Assembly: GCA_963847445.1 (NCBI GenBank)
Contig: CAWJZV010000030.1
Location: 544,001 to 608,000, forward strand
Length of the DNA: 64,000 bases
Direction of reading: 5' to 3'
From: an uncultured delta proteobacterium
Lineage (GTDB): Bacteria; Desulfobacterota; Binatia; UBA9968
Shown in pieces: positions 1 to 10,616 of the stretch; the first letter of the stretch is position 1, and the number at the start of each line of letters is the position of its first letter. Under the pieces are notes generated by a model that saw only the letters and a list, made by a program, of their open reading frames with translations, did not search any database and had not been told where the DNA came from. A program made the position numbers and the translations under genes.

Positions 1-1010
1 AGCACCCGGTCGACCACCCGGAACGACATTTCATCGGCGAAAAGTTTGGCCATATAGGCCTCGTTGCGAATGTCCTGTTTCTGGTCGTTCTTCCACGCCG
101 CCTGATAGACCATCAATCGCGCCGCATGCAGTTCGACGTAGGAGTCGGCCAATTTGAACGTGATGCCCTGGCGCTCCGACAGCGGCTTGCCGAAGGTAAT
201 GCGCTGCTTGGAATAGCTCGCGCCCATTTCGATGCAGCGCTCGGCGACGCCCAACGCGCGCGCGCCATGTTTCAAGCGGCCGATGCCCAGCCATTTTTGC
301 GCCAGCTTGAACCCTTCGCCTTCCTTGCCGACGATATTTTCCGCGGGAATCTTCATGTCGTCGAAGGTGATATGCCAAGGCTCCTCGCCCATCATGGTTT
401 TGTAACGCGTCCCCAGCGTCAGCCCCGGCGTCTTCATGTCGACCATGAAACAAGAGATGCCGCCATGGGCGCCCTTGGCCGGATCGGTAACCGCCATCAG
501 CTGGCCGATGTCGGCATCGCCGGCACCGGTGATGAAACGCTTGGTGCCGTTGATGACATAATGATCGCCCTGGCGCACCGCGCGAGTTTTCATCGACGCC
601 GGATCGGAGCCGGCATCAGGCTCGGTTTGCATGAAGCAAAGCTTTTTCTCTCCGGCCAGCACCGGGTCCATGAAACGCTTTTTCTGCTCCGGATTGAGCG
701 CGTAGAGAATCGGCCGCACTTCCGGACCGAAGATGCCCTGGCCGCGCGACGGCAACGCCACCGTGCGCGACAGCTCTTCCCACACCAACACCTGGGCCAA
801 ACTGCCGAGCCCGCCGCCGCCGTACTCTTCCGGCACGTCGAACATCCATAGCCCCATCTCTTTGGTCTTTTTTTCCAACTTTTCGCGAATGTCCGGCTTC
901 AGCTCCATGTTCTCGATGGTGTGCATCTCGATCGGAATCAGCTCCTTGTCGACGAACTTGCGCACCGTGTCTTTCAGCATCTGCAATTCTTCAGGTAAAT
1001 TAAAATCCAT
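1..1010 (-). CDS. acyl-CoA dehydrogenase (3' end beyond window edge)
   Basis: Manual translation from ATG at 1010: MDFNLPEELQMLKDTVRKFVDKEL...CFMQTEPDAGSD...INGTKRFIT...QRITFGKPLSERQGI; absent from the ORF track because no stop lies in the window. Confidence 0.9.
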   Translation of the reverse strand, partial: MDFNLPEELQMLKDTVRKFVDKELIPIEMHTIENMELKPDIREKLEKKTKEMGLWMFDVPEEYGGGGLGSLAQVLVWEELSRTVALPSRGQGIFGPEVRPILYALNPEQKKRFMDPVLAGEKKLCFMQTEPDAGSDPASMKTRAVRQGDHYVINGTKRFITGAGDADIGQLMAVTDPAKGAHGGISCFMVDMKTPGLTLGTRYKTMMGEEPWHITFDDMKIPAENIVGKEGEGFKLAQKWLGIGRLKHGARALGVAERCIEMGASYSKQRITFGKPLSERQGITFKLADSYVELHAARLMVYQAAWKNDQKQDIRNEAYMAKLFADEMSFRVVDRV

Positions 1011-1036
1011 GCTTCTCCTCCGAAGCGCCACTTCGA

Positions 1037-1137
1037 ACGTTCAATCGCTTCGCTCCGTTCAATTCGTTCAAATGGTTCAACGTTGTCCGGATTGATTAAC
1101 GATTTGAACGGCTTGAACGTTTTGAACTTTTTGAACG
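1037..1137. repeat. intergenic GTTCAA/TTGAAC inverted short-repeat element
   Basis: cgttcaatcg...gttcaattcgttcaaatggttcaacg [loop] gatttgaacggcttgaacgttttgaactttttgaacg. Confidence 0.85.
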
Positions 1138-1140
1138 CGC

Positions 1141-1959
1141 TTATTTCTTTTCTTCGACCTTATACGACCCCAACCCCGGCCGATATTCCTTACGGGCGAA
1201 CTGCTGCAAGCCGGGCCGGCCGCCGATCGCCGCCTTGGCTTTGTCGGAGATCAAGCCGGAGATTTCGTAGGCGACATCGGGACTCGAGTAGAAAGTGTAG
1301 TACCAGGCTTCTTTGACCGCGTTCAACGCCGACGGCGCTTTCTCTTTTAGATTATTGGCGATCTCCATCACTTCCTTGTCCAAATCGGCGCGCGGCACGG
1401 CTTTGGTGATAAGGCCGATGCGCTCGGCTTCCTTGGCGTTCATGGTCTTGCCGGTGAGCGCGTAATAGAGCCCATGCTTGGGCTGCAAGTGCTCGGTCAA
1501 CACGATGGTCACTTCGCCGCCGGGGAAATGGCCGAAGTTGACTTCGGATAGGCCGAACTGGACATCGTCCGCCGCGATGGCGATATCGCAGCCGGTGACG
1601 ACGGTGAAGCCGCCGCCGAACACCCAGCCGTTGATCTTGGCGATCACCGGCTGCGGCATCTTGCGCAGGATCTCGTTGCGCCATTGGCGCGACTTCTCGC
1701 GCACTTCATCGCGCACGCGCTCAGGTTGGGAGTCCATTTCGATGAAATATTGCTTCAAGTCCTGGCCGGCGCAAAAACTCTCACCCGCGCCGGTAATAAT
1801 AATCACCCGGGTATCTTTGTCGTAACGCAGATCGGTCAAGCAATCGTACATGTCGCGATGCAGCTGCGGGCTCATCGCGTTGCGCTTTTCCGGCCGATTG
1901 AGCGTGATCGTCGTCACGCCGTCTTTGTTGTCCACTAATAAAGTTTGATAATTTGCCAT
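1141..1959 (-). CDS. crotonase-family enzyme, hydroxycinnamoyl-CoA hydratase/lyase (HCHL/Ech)-like
   Basis: LNRPEKRNAMSP, AGQDLKQYF, NGWVFGGG, FGLSEVNFG, LYYALTGKT and C-terminal GLQQF...PGLGSYK resemble HCHL. Confidence 0.8.
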   Translation of the reverse strand: MANYQTLLVDNKDGVTTITLNRPEKRNAMSPQLHRDMYDCLTDLRYDKDTRVIIITGAGESFCAGQDLKQYFIEMDSQPERVRDEVREKSRQWRNEILRKMPQPVIAKINGWVFGGGFTVVTGCDIAIAADDVQFGLSEVNFGHFPGGEVTIVLTEHLQPKHGLYYALTGKTMNAKEAERIGLITKAVPRADLDKEVMEIANNLKEKAPSALNAVKEAWYYTFYSSPDVAYEISGLISDKAKAAIGGRPGLQQFARKEYRPGLGSYKVEEKK

Positions 1960-2048
1960 GATCTTTCCTCCTTAGAATTCTAATTTTTTAATATCACATC
2001 TGGTCTTATTCCAGTTGCGTTCAAACTGCAATCGCGGGCCAACCGGAG

Positions 2049-2141
2049 GTCAGAAATCAGAGGTCGGAAGCCGGAGATCGGAGTCTGCAGGCGAAGATCT
2101 CCGACTTCTGACTTCTGACTTCTGACTTCTGACTTCTGACT
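2049..2141. repeat. TTCTGAC heptamer tandem repeat with degenerate inverted partner
   Basis: gacttctgacttctgacttctgacttctgacttctgac at ~2103-2140; gtcagaaatcagaggtcggaag at ~2049-2070. Confidence 0.85.
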
Positions 2142-2142
2142 T

Positions 2143-3174
2143 TTACCGCCGCACTAGATCGTGCAGCAGTTTTTTCCAGCGCTCTTCAGCTTTCTCGTAC
2201 TGCTCGAGGGTTTTGCCCTTTTCGGGATACCAGCGCTTGAAGCCGTAGTTCTTGGTCGAGCTCGCGAAGCGGAACTTGTCCTCAAAAATCTTCTGACCCT
2301 CGGGGCTGATCAGAAAATCGATGAACAAGAGCGCCGCATGGGGACTATTGGTCGCCGCTGGAAGCCCGACGCTGCCGGCGTTGGCTTGACTCAAATCGAG
2401 GGGCACCCACTCGGTGGGCGCGCCTTTGAGCTTGCCGGCCAGGACGTGATTGCGGAAGATCGAGATCGACATATGCATTTCGCCGGCGGCCATCAACTCA
2501 TGCATGGCGCCGCCGGAGATCATATGCGGTCTGATCTCCAAGTTACGCAGCTGCTTGACGTACTCTTCGCCTTTGGCGGCGATCATCGCGCCGATAAAGC
2601 GCACGCCAGTGGTGTCGCCGCTGACGCCGATCTTGCCTTTGTTTTCCGGCTTAGCCATGTCCGCGAAATTTTTCGGCACTTCGGCGGCGCGCATCATGTT
2701 GCGGTTGTAGCCCAAGCCGACGATGGATTCGCGATCGGTGGTCCAAAACACCCGGGTCTTATCCGCTTCTTCTTTAGAGTCTTCAGGATAATTGGCGAGA
2801 TGCGGCGATGTGTATGGCATCAGCAACTTATTGTCGCGCATGATCATCATCGTCGTCGGCGTGGTTTCAACCAGGTCGGCGATGCTGCGTTTGGATTGCG
2901 CTTCGGAGAGCAACCGCCGGCTGAGATCGTTAGGCCCGGCGCGGTAGGTTTCTACCTTGACCCCCGGATACTTCGACTCGAACACATTGGCAATGTCGCG
3001 ATGGGCGGTCAGGCTCGTGTACCAGATCAGTTTCCCTTCCTTTTTCGCGCCGGCTTTGAGCATCTCCTCGCGGTCTGCGCCGCGATAATTAGCGATGTCC
3101 GCGGTGGTTCGGGTCTGAGCAGAAAGCGTCGACGATCCAAACAAAACCAGAATGGCTAGCAGCAATACGATCAT
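2143..3174 (-). CDS. ABC transporter extracellular solute-binding protein (Fe3+/thiamine-like family)
   Basis: Signal peptide, AKKEGKLIWYTS, FESKYPGVKV, HAALLFIDFLISPEGQ. Confidence 0.8.
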   Translation of the reverse strand: MIVLLLAILVLFGSSTLSAQTRTTADIANYRGADREEMLKAGAKKEGKLIWYTSLTAHRDIANVFESKYPGVKVETYRAGPNDLSRRLLSEAQSKRSIADLVETTPTTMMIMRDNKLLMPYTSPHLANYPEDSKEEADKTRVFWTTDRESIVGLGYNRNMMRAAEVPKNFADMAKPENKGKIGVSGDTTGVRFIGAMIAAKGEEYVKQLRNLEIRPHMISGGAMHELMAAGEMHMSISIFRNHVLAGKLKGAPTEWVPLDLSQANAGSVGLPAATNSPHAALLFIDFLISPEGQKIFEDKFRFASSTKNYGFKRWYPEKGKTLEQYEKAEERWKKLLHDLVRR

Positions 3175-3232
3175 AATCGACTTTCTCCTGAATGCATGAT
3201 CAACCCAGTACTCCAATCACTCCAACACTCCA

Positions 3233-5611
3233 CTATTCCAACACCCCATCCTGCTTATGCGCAGCGATGGTCGCGGCATCGTAGCCGACGACATCGCGCA
3301 GCACCGCCTCGGTATCCTTGCCGAGCACGGGAAATTCCCAACGGCGCGTCAGCTTGGCGTTGGTGAAGTGCAGCGGAAAACTCGGCAATACGACCTTGCC
3401 CAATCTAGGATTATCCACTTCGACGATGAAGCCGCGCTCCTTGAGCTGCGGGTCGTTGACCAAATCCTCGCCGGTTTGCGCCACGCCGCAGGGAATCCCC
3501 GCTTTCTGCAACTGATCGCGGACGGCGAAGGCGTCTCGCGTCTGCGTCCAAGCTGAAATAATTTTATCGAGCGCCTCCCGTTCTTGGAGCCGCGCCGCGT
3601 TGGTGGCAAAGCGTGAATTGCCGGCGACGTCACCGCCGAGAATGTTGGCGAGGGCCGACCATTGCGCCTCGGTTTCCGCGGCGATCACGCACCAGCGATC
3701 TTCGCCCTTGCACGGATAGCAGCCATGGGGCGCCACCGAGAGCGACATGTTGCCGATGGGTTCGGGATTCTTGCCGCTCGACGCCGCTTCCATCAGATTG
3801 GCGCCGATCATGAATGCCGTCGCCTCCGACTGCGCCAAATCGATGAACGCGCCCTTCTTTTGCCGGTCCCGGTAAAGCACGCCGGAGATGATGATGATCG
3901 CGCACAGGACGCCGGAAACATAATCTGGATATACCAGCTGCGCACCGATAGGCGGATTGGTGACGCCGGGGTGGTTCCACATATAGGTCAAACCGGTGAA
4001 AGCGGTGATGTTCACGCCGACTGTCGAGAAATGGCGCTTGGGACCGGTGGTGCCGAGGCCGGGCATGCGCAGATTGATAATGTCGGGCTTCACGGCGCAG
4101 AGCTGCTTGTAGCCCAAACCAATGCGATCGACGACATCGACGCTGTAGTTGTCGAGCACCGCGTCCGCCTTGGCGACCAGATCGTGCAAAACGCCCTGGC
4201 CTTTGGGATGTTTCAAATTGACCGTAAAGGACCGTTTGTTGCGGTTGAATTCTAAAAACCGCGGCGACAGGTTGGGATCTTCGCCGGTGCCGAAAAAGCG
4301 AAACGGGTCCATACCGCCTTTGCTCGACTCGATTTTCATGACATCGGCGCCGAGCTCCGCCAAAATCGTCGTGCCATAGGGGCCGGCGAGCACGTGATCG
4401 AAGCTAACGATGCGCATACCGTCGAGGGGGCCGTTGCCGCTCGTGCCCGTCGACCTTGGCTGCTGTGGCGCCGACCTCTTCGCGCCATCGTCGCGCCAAC
4501 TGTCGAGCAGCGGCACGCTACCGACCGCAGGACGGCTGCCGTCGATCATAAACGGCATGCCCGGCTGCTTTGCGCTGCCGAAGCCTGCATGCTGCACCGC
4601 TGTCATGAAACCTCGACCCTGCACATGCTCGTCGTTGGCAAACCCCATCGGGGTATTCACCGGCACACAAGGGATGCCCTTTTCCTGCAACAATTCGGTG
4701 ACCTCCGCCATGGTGAATTTACCAAGAAAGGCTTCCACGGCGGGATTGAGCTCATCGGCATGATCGCGCCGGTAGACGTTGTTGAGCCAAGCAGCCTCGT
4801 CGAATGTCGCCGGATGATCCTTCCAGATGGAAAGAAAAAGCTTCCAGTGCTGGCGCGTCACGTAGAGATAGACGAAGCCGTCTTTGACCGGGAAGATTTT
4901 CGCCGGCGCCACCGAGCCATGCTGGCTGCCGGCGCGCTTGAGAATCTGTTTATCGTTGGCCCACAGCCGAATGATATGCTCATGGGTCGCCAAGGTTTCC
5001 TGCATCGACGTGTCGATATGGTCGCCTTGGCCGGTCTTTTCACGCCGGTAGAGCGCTGCCAAAACACCGGCGGTGGCGAACAGACTGGCGAAGTAATAGG
5101 CCTGCGACTCGGGCGCTTTGCACGGTGCCGTCAAAGGATCGCCGCAGACGTAAAGAATGCCGCTCTCGGCCAAGCCGACGAGATCGTTGTAGACAAGATT
5201 TTTCTTCGGTCCGGTTTGACCGAAGCAAGTGATCGATGCCATGACGATGCCGGGATTTACTTTGACAAGATCCTTGTAGCCCAAGCCCTTGGCGTCCAAA
5301 TCACCCGGCTGAAAACTTTCAATGACAACGTCGGCGGACTCAACCAACTTGCGCAACGTAGCGCGGCCGGCATCGCTGTCGAGATCGATGACCTTGCTGT
5401 GCTTGCCAGCGTTCAAGTGCGCGAAGGTCGTGCTCAGCTTGGCGCCATTGGCTGCGGTGATGAAAGGAGCCAGATTACGTACCGGGTCGCCGCCAGGCGG
5501 TTCGATCTTGATCACTTCCATGCCCAAGTCAGCGAGCATGCGGCCGCACAGCTGGCCGCTCAAACCGGTAAGATCCAACGCTCTATAACCTTTGAGAAAT
5601 TCTCCGCTCAT
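3233..5611 (-). CDS. fused two-domain family III CoA transferase (CaiB/BaiF)
   Basis: Two repeats: RMLADLGMEVIKIEPPGGD...LNAGK and LAGPYGTTILAELGADVMKIE...FNRNKRS; start taken at MSGEFLKG. Confidence 0.9.
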   Translation of the reverse strand: MSGEFLKGYRALDLTGLSGQLCGRMLADLGMEVIKIEPPGGDPVRNLAPFITAANGAKLSTTFAHLNAGKHSKVIDLDSDAGRATLRKLVESADVVIESFQPGDLDAKGLGYKDLVKVNPGIVMASITCFGQTGPKKNLVYNDLVGLAESGILYVCGDPLTAPCKAPESQAYYFASLFATAGVLAALYRREKTGQGDHIDTSMQETLATHEHIIRLWANDKQILKRAGSQHGSVAPAKIFPVKDGFVYLYVTRQHWKLFLSIWKDHPATFDEAAWLNNVYRRDHADELNPAVEAFLGKFTMAEVTELLQEKGIPCVPVNTPMGFANDEHVQGRGFMTAVQHAGFGSAKQPGMPFMIDGSRPAVGSVPLLDSWRDDGAKRSAPQQPRSTGTSGNGPLDGMRIVSFDHVLAGPYGTTILAELGADVMKIESSKGGMDPFRFFGTGEDPNLSPRFLEFNRNKRSFTVNLKHPKGQGVLHDLVAKADAVLDNYSVDVVDRIGLGYKQLCAVKPDIINLRMPGLGTTGPKRHFSTVGVNITAFTGLTYMWNHPGVTNPPIGAQLVYPDYVSGVLCAIIIISGVLYRDRQKKGAFIDLAQSEATAFMIGANLMEAASSGKNPEPIGNMSLSVAPHGCYPCKGEDRWCVIAAETEAQWSALANILGGDVAGNSRFATNAARLQEREALDKIISAWTQTRDAFAVRDQLQKAGIPCGVAQTGEDLVNDPQLKERGFIVEVDNPRLGKVVLPSFPLHFTNAKLTRRWEFPVLGKDTEAVLRDVVGYDAATIAAHKQDGVLE

Positions 5612-5659
5612 TTTCCTGCTTATTTGTCCTTCGAATTGAAAATTATTGCTGCCGAGCCT

Positions 5660-5745
5660 AAATCTACAAACAAATCTCGAACTCCGAACCCCGAAATCTT
5701 TCGAAACAAACGAGGGGAACATAAACTCAAATCGAAAATCCCAAA
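5660..5745. repeat. degenerate short tandem repeats (AAATC/CGAA type)
   Basis: aaatctcgaactccgaaccccgaaatc...aaatcgaaaatcccaaac in intergenic DNA. Confidence 0.55.
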
Positions 5746-5827
5746 CAGTATTCCCCCGTTTGAAACAATGGCGGTTATCTAAGGTGTTGGATTTGTTTCG
5801 CACTTCGGTCCGCTTCGTGCTATCTCA

Positions 5828-6960
5828 TTACGCTCCAACAAACTGCGCCCGCAGGTCGTTCAAAATCTGCGACGCCTCGCTCACCATGCGGTCGACGATT
5901 TCCTTGGCCGGAACATTGTTGCGCTCTTCGCTCAACATGCCGGCCACCTGGCCGCCCGGGCACATGCAGGACATCGACGCGATTGGCGGCTTCGGCGGCG
6001 CGCCGCACTTCATCCATGGCATTACCTTGGTAGGGCGTCGGCATGGCATCGAGCCCGGAGGCCATCCAGGCCTTGATCGTATCGCTGCGGTAATGGCGCG
6101 CGAAGTGGCCGCTGGTGTAAGCGGTGCGCACGAAGTCTTCCGAGCTGCCGTTGAGAATCTGTTTTTTGTAAATCGGATTGATGCCGCCTTCGCGGGTCAC
6201 CAGGAAAGTCGTGCCGCACCAAACACCGACGGCTCCGAGAGCGAGCGCGGCGGCGACACCGCGACCGTCCGAGATACCGCCGGCGGCAACCACCGGCTTC
6301 GGCCGCACCGCATCGACGATCTGCGGGATCAGCGGGAAAGTTGCCAATCGTGCCGGTGTGGCCGCCCGCCTCGTAGCCCTGGGCGATGATCACATCGGCG
6401 CCCTTGCGCGCGTGGCTGAGCGCATGCTTCACCGCGCCGGCCAGCGCCATGACCAAAATACCGCGTTCATGGGCGAGCGGCACGACTTCAGCGGTATCAC
6501 CGAGGCCGATGATCAGAATCGGCACCTTCTCTTCGAGAATGACTCGCAGCTGCTCGCGCGTAGCCGCCGGGGTTTTCACCCAGCTCTTGCGGTCCGGCGG
6601 TTGCGGCGTCAAGCCCAGTCGCGGAATCAGCTCGTCGTTGAACTTGGCATGCTTGGGAAATTTTTCTTGGATCTCTTTGCGCACTTCGTCCGGGTCGGGA
6701 ATTCTGACATCTTCCATCTTCGGCAAGGTGATATCGACGCCGAAGGGCTTGTCGGTCAGTTGCCGCACCGCGCGGATGCGTTCGCGAATGACTTCAGGCC
6801 GTATCGAGCTGCCGCCGATGCAGCCCAGTCCACCCGCGTTCGACACCGCCGCCACCAGCGCCGGCGGCGTCGTCAGCCCTTCCTTGTCCCAGCCCATGCC
6901 GGCCTGGATGATCGGATATTTGATATGCAACAAATCACATAATGGCGTATGTAAAGACAT
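5828..6960 (-). CDS. nitronate monooxygenase / enoyl-ACP reductase II-family flavoprotein (frameshifted)
   Basis: YPIIQAGMG, LVAAVSNAGGLG, QGYEAGGH, VVAAGGISDGRG, GQVAG; split over ORFs 6022-6981, 5820-6347 and 5828-6049. Confidence 0.85.
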
Positions 6961-7020
6961 AAAACCTCCTCCTGAAACCAAGGTTAAAGCAATCTAGCGC
7001 GAACCTCGTATCCGACAAAC

Positions 7021-7074
7021 CTTGAACTTTTGAACCCTTCGACATACTCAGGGCAGGCTCTTGAACCCTTGAAC
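7021..7074. repeat. TTGAAC repeat arm with nested REP-like motif
   Basis: cttgaacttttgaac-ccttcgacatactcagggcaggct-cttgaacccttgaac. Confidence 0.75.
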
Positions 7075-7078
7075 GAAA

Positions 7079-7897
7079 TTATTTCTTCCGATCCTCCGGT
7101 TTGACATACTTCACGGTGCCGCCGCCCTTTTGCGAGTGCAGATAACCTTCGACGTCGTTGAGCGGATTGGTGTAGTAGCGCATCCGGTGCGACACCAAGT
7201 CGTCGGTCCTGAGCGCGGTCGCAAAATCCATGTCCTTCATCATGTACGCGGCGATCTTGGCGCTCTCCAGCGTCACCGCATTGCGGCTGCCGAGCTCCTT
7301 GGACAGCTGCTCGACGTTGGCCAGCAATTGATCGTCCGGCACCACTTCGGAAATCAAGCCGACCCGCTCGGCTTCCGCCGCTGACAAATTGCGGCCGGTG
7401 AGCTGAATGTAAAAAGCCTTCTTGACCGGTAGCCCGCCGTGGAACAACGTCGACGTCGCCACCGCGCCGTAGCTGCCGCGGATCACTTCCGGCATGCCGA
7501 ACTTCGCCGACTGCCCGGCGATGCAGAGATCATGACCGTTGATCAACGCCAGACCGCCGCCCAGACACCAGCCGCGCACCGCCGCCACCGTGATCTGCGG
7601 CATGGCGCGCAAGAGCCGGACGATCTCGTAGGTCGAACCGGCCTGATCCCAAGGACGCTTGCGCTTCCACGACTCGCGCAGATCGTAAAGATCGAGCCCC
7701 GACGAATAAGAATCCCCCGAGCCCATGGTCACGACGCATTTGATCTTGTCGTTCTCGGCGATATCTTTCAGCGCCTTGATCAACTCCGCCATGAACTTCT
7801 GGCTCATGGCGTTCTTCTTCTCCGGCCGGTTAAAGGTCAGCCAAGCGACGCCGGTTTCTTCATCGATTTTCTGTAGAACTGTCGATAGTTCAGCCAT
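7079..7897 (-). CDS. enoyl-CoA hydratase/isomerase family protein
   Basis: FNRPEKKNAM, YSSGLDL, VRGWCLGGG, KFGMPEV. Confidence 0.9.
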   Translation of the reverse strand: MAELSTVLQKIDEETGVAWLTFNRPEKKNAMSQKFMAELIKALKDIAENDKIKCVVTMGSGDSYSSGLDLYDLRESWKRKRPWDQAGSTYEIVRLLRAMPQITVAAVRGWCLGGGLALINGHDLCIAGQSAKFGMPEVIRGSYGAVATSTLFHGGLPVKKAFYIQLTGRNLSAAEAERVGLISEVVPDDQLLANVEQLSKELGSRNAVTLESAKIAAYMMKDMDFATALRTDDLVSHRMRYYTNPLNDVEGYLHSQKGGGTVKYVKPEDRKK

Positions 7898-7988
7898 TGC
7901 ATACCTCCAGACAGACGAATACTTCGAGTCATAGGATTTTCATAGCACAGTTTGAAATTAACTGGCGAGCGCAGCGAAAAGAAATAGC

Positions 7989-8442
7989 TCAACGCTTGGT
8001 AATATTCGGATAGTCCACCATATCGCGCTGGCCGCTGTTGCGGTACAGACGCTTGCCGGCACGCGGATAGTCGACGACATCCTGCGCCAGCCGTTGGCCG
8101 ATGACGAGACAGACGAGCGGCTCGGTGCCGTCGTTGATGGTCTCATGGGCCGGACCGCCGCCTGGGAAGCCGAGGAAATCGCCGGGGCCGATCTTGAACG
8201 AATCCTCGCCGATCACCGCCGTGCCCCGCCCGGAAATCACATAGATCGCTTCGTCTTCGTAACGATGGCTGTGATACTCCGACGAGCGATCGCCCGGCGC
8301 CACGGTCATCATATGGACGCCGAGATTCTTCAGACCCGCGGCATCGCCCAGCGACTTGTTGATTCGCTTGGCCGCCGGATTGACGAAATGCACGCGATGC
8401 TCGCCTTCCATGGCGGCGATCTTTTCAGCGGATAAGATACAT
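7989..8442 (-). CDS. cupin domain protein
   Basis: SSEYHSHRYEDEAIYVISGRG and AHETIN cupin motifs; probable start at 8442 with a 1-bp frameshift. Confidence 0.85.
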
Positions 8443-8462
8443 AAACACCTCGAAGATAGTTT

Positions 8463-8570
8463 CGTTCAAATCGTTCAAGCCGTTCACAATGTTCAGAACG
8501 TCGGACCGGTCTGGCTTCACACCTCGCGAAACGATTTGAACGACTTGAACTGATTTGAACGATTTGAACG
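8463..8570. repeat. intergenic GTTCAA/TTGAAC inverted short-repeat element
   Basis: cgttcaaatcgttcaagccgttcacaatgttcag...gatttgaacgacttgaactgatttgaacgatttgaacg. Confidence 0.85.
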
Positions 8571-8577
8571 TCCGTTC

Positions 8578-9570
8578 TTACTCGGCAGAGTAAGAACGGC
8601 ACGACAACCTCCGCCAATTCCACCGGTTTCTCATGCGGAATATGATGCCCCGCGCCTTCGATGGGAACGATCTTGGCGTTGGGAAAAAGCTGCGCGCGGT
8701 GGCCGCGCACGGACTTCATAAAATCGCTCTCGGTGCCGTAGACGAACAGGATCGGACATTTGAGCCGGCGGATAAATGCTTCGATCTGTCCTCTCGGACA
8801 TCGCCGTGGTCGTGCGGTAACGCAGGATCGGATCATGCTTCCAGCGATAGCGGCCGCCATTGGTATTGGTGCCATGCTGCGCCATATGCAGCGCCGCCTT
8901 GTCGGGAATCAGCGGGAAAGTTTTCTGGATCGCCTTAGCCGCCGCCTGCAAGGTTTCATGGGGAAACGGAATCTCGACGTAGTCCCGGCCCTTCAAGCGC
9001 TCGGCCATGATATTCGGCACTTCGTCGTCGCTGCGCGCGAATGGGCCGAGGGATTCGAGCAGCACCATGCGCTTGACCCTTTCCGGAAACGTGCCGGCGT
9101 AGAGCAAACACATGCTGCCGCCCAGCGAGTGGCCGATGATCGTCACCGGATCTTTGTCCAAGTGCTTCAGCAATCCGGCGAGATCGGTGAGAAAGTCTTC
9201 ATGGGCGTAGCCGCGGCTGGTGCTCGGCCACTCGCTGTCGCCATGGCCGCGCAGGTCGAGCGCCACCGCATGCTTGATCGGCACGCCGCGGCTGATCAGC
9301 TCGTCAAGAAAATGATCCCAACTGCGCCCTTGATCGCGCACGCCGTGGACGAAGACGTAAGTCTCCTCCTTGGGATCGCCCCATTCCCAATAATGCAGTT
9401 TCAAACCGTCGTGAACGAAGTGACGCCGCTGCGGTTGCCAACTCGTCGCGGCTTTGGCAGCGCGAAATTTCGCCTTGGGGTTCGTCTTACTTTTCGCCGG
9501 GCTAACTTTGGAACTTTTAGTTTTTTTCGTGGTTGTCTTAGTCGGTTGTCTTCCTAGTTTTCTTTTTCAT
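8578..9570 (-). CDS. alpha/beta hydrolase with Lys-rich N-terminal extension (frameshifted)
   Basis: FVHG, DLRGHGDS, GHSLGG nucleophile motif, AGHHIPHEKP. Confidence 0.85.
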
Positions 9571-9571
9571 C

Positions 9572-10558
9572 CTATCTTCTTCCCAACTCCTTTAAAGCTT
9601 CCTCAACGTAGCTGTGATCGAGATACTTCGCCGGCTGCGGCAGCGCGCCGCCTTTGAACTGGCCGCGCTCGGCGGCGATTTGGATCACCGTGCGCACGCC
9701 TTCGACGTTGGTCTCGGCGTTGGGAGGCCAGATCTTGTTCTCGGTGTAGTACTCCCAGCCGCGGCGCGCTTGCTCGGGCTTTAACTGCATTTCTTTCGAC
9801 AAGAAACTCGATGGCCGGTTCCTTATTGTCGTGCATCCAGCGCATGGCGTGAATCAAACCTTTCATGAAGCGCACGGTCAAGCCGACGGTTCTTCTCCGC
9901 CCAGGCCCGTTTCACCGTGACTTCGGTCAACTGATAGTTGGGAATGAAGTCGACGACTTTAGCCGATCACCGGATAGCCCATCTGCGCGGCTTCGTAATT
10001 GAGCGGCACGGCGATGATCGCCGCGTCGATCCGTCCCGCGGTCAACGATAAGAACGCCTGCGCCGATCCGCCGACGTTGATCAGATTATAATCGCGCGGA
10101 TATTCCAGCCCCTTCGCCGCGCAAGACCCGGCGCAGCACGAACGCCGTGCCGGAAGTCAGCCCCGACGAGCCGAGATTGGCGCCGCGCAGATCTTCGAAG
10201 GACTTAAATTTCTTGCCGCCCATGATGTAGTGCGTCAGGCCATTGATGACGCCGCCGATGGATAACAAGATCCGCGCCCTGCTCCACCGCCGCGATCACC
10301 GTATCGGCGCCGCCGCTGGAGACGTTCACCGAGCCGCCGACCAGCGCCATGGTCGACTTGTCGGCCCCAGCCACCAGCACGAGCTGGACATCCAAGTTTT
10401 GCTTGTCGAAAAAGCCCAGCTTGCTCGGCCACCCAGAGCGGACTATAGCCCAGTGTCTTCGACGACGCGCTGATCGGGAACTTGACTTTCTCCTGCGCCA
10501 AAGCATTTGCCGAAACAAAAAACAGAGCGAGTGACAATTGCAGCAGAAACTTCGTCAT
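9572..10558 (-). CDS. NitT/TauT-type ABC solute-binding protein (frameshifted)
   Basis: Signal MTKFLLQLSLALFFVSANALA, GFFDKQNLDVQLV, EDLRGANLGSSG, VRFMKGL. Confidence 0.8.
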
Positions 10559-10580
10559 TGAAAACCGCCCTCCGAAAACT

Positions 10581-10610
10581 CTTGAACCTTGAACCCTTGA
10601 ACCATTGAAC
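10581..10610. repeat. TTGAAC tandem repeat arm
   Basis: cttgaaccttgaacccttgaaccattgaac. Confidence 0.8.
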
Positions 10611-10616
10611 GTAGGT

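Noticed and set aside
2103-2141. TTCTGAC tract as a contingency locus
   Set aside because: It lies just downstream of a stop codon, outside any CDS, and has an inverted partner, so it is treated as one of the junction repeat families.
4394-5782. Long antisense ORFs (also 126-851, 2161-3159, 29892-30842, 37139-38047, 51996-52883, 61351-62265)
   Set aside because: Shadow ORFs opposite well-supported genes in GC-rich DNA, with no recognisable motifs.
5612-5803. N-terminal extensions in the ORF track (also 23295-23357, 24956-25051, 60812-61001)
   Set aside because: They translate intergenic or repeat DNA upstream of better starts where family homology begins.
8420-8442. TGA near the cupin start as selenocysteine or readthrough
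   Set aside because: The downstream cupin sequence is in a different frame, so a 1-bp indel explains it.
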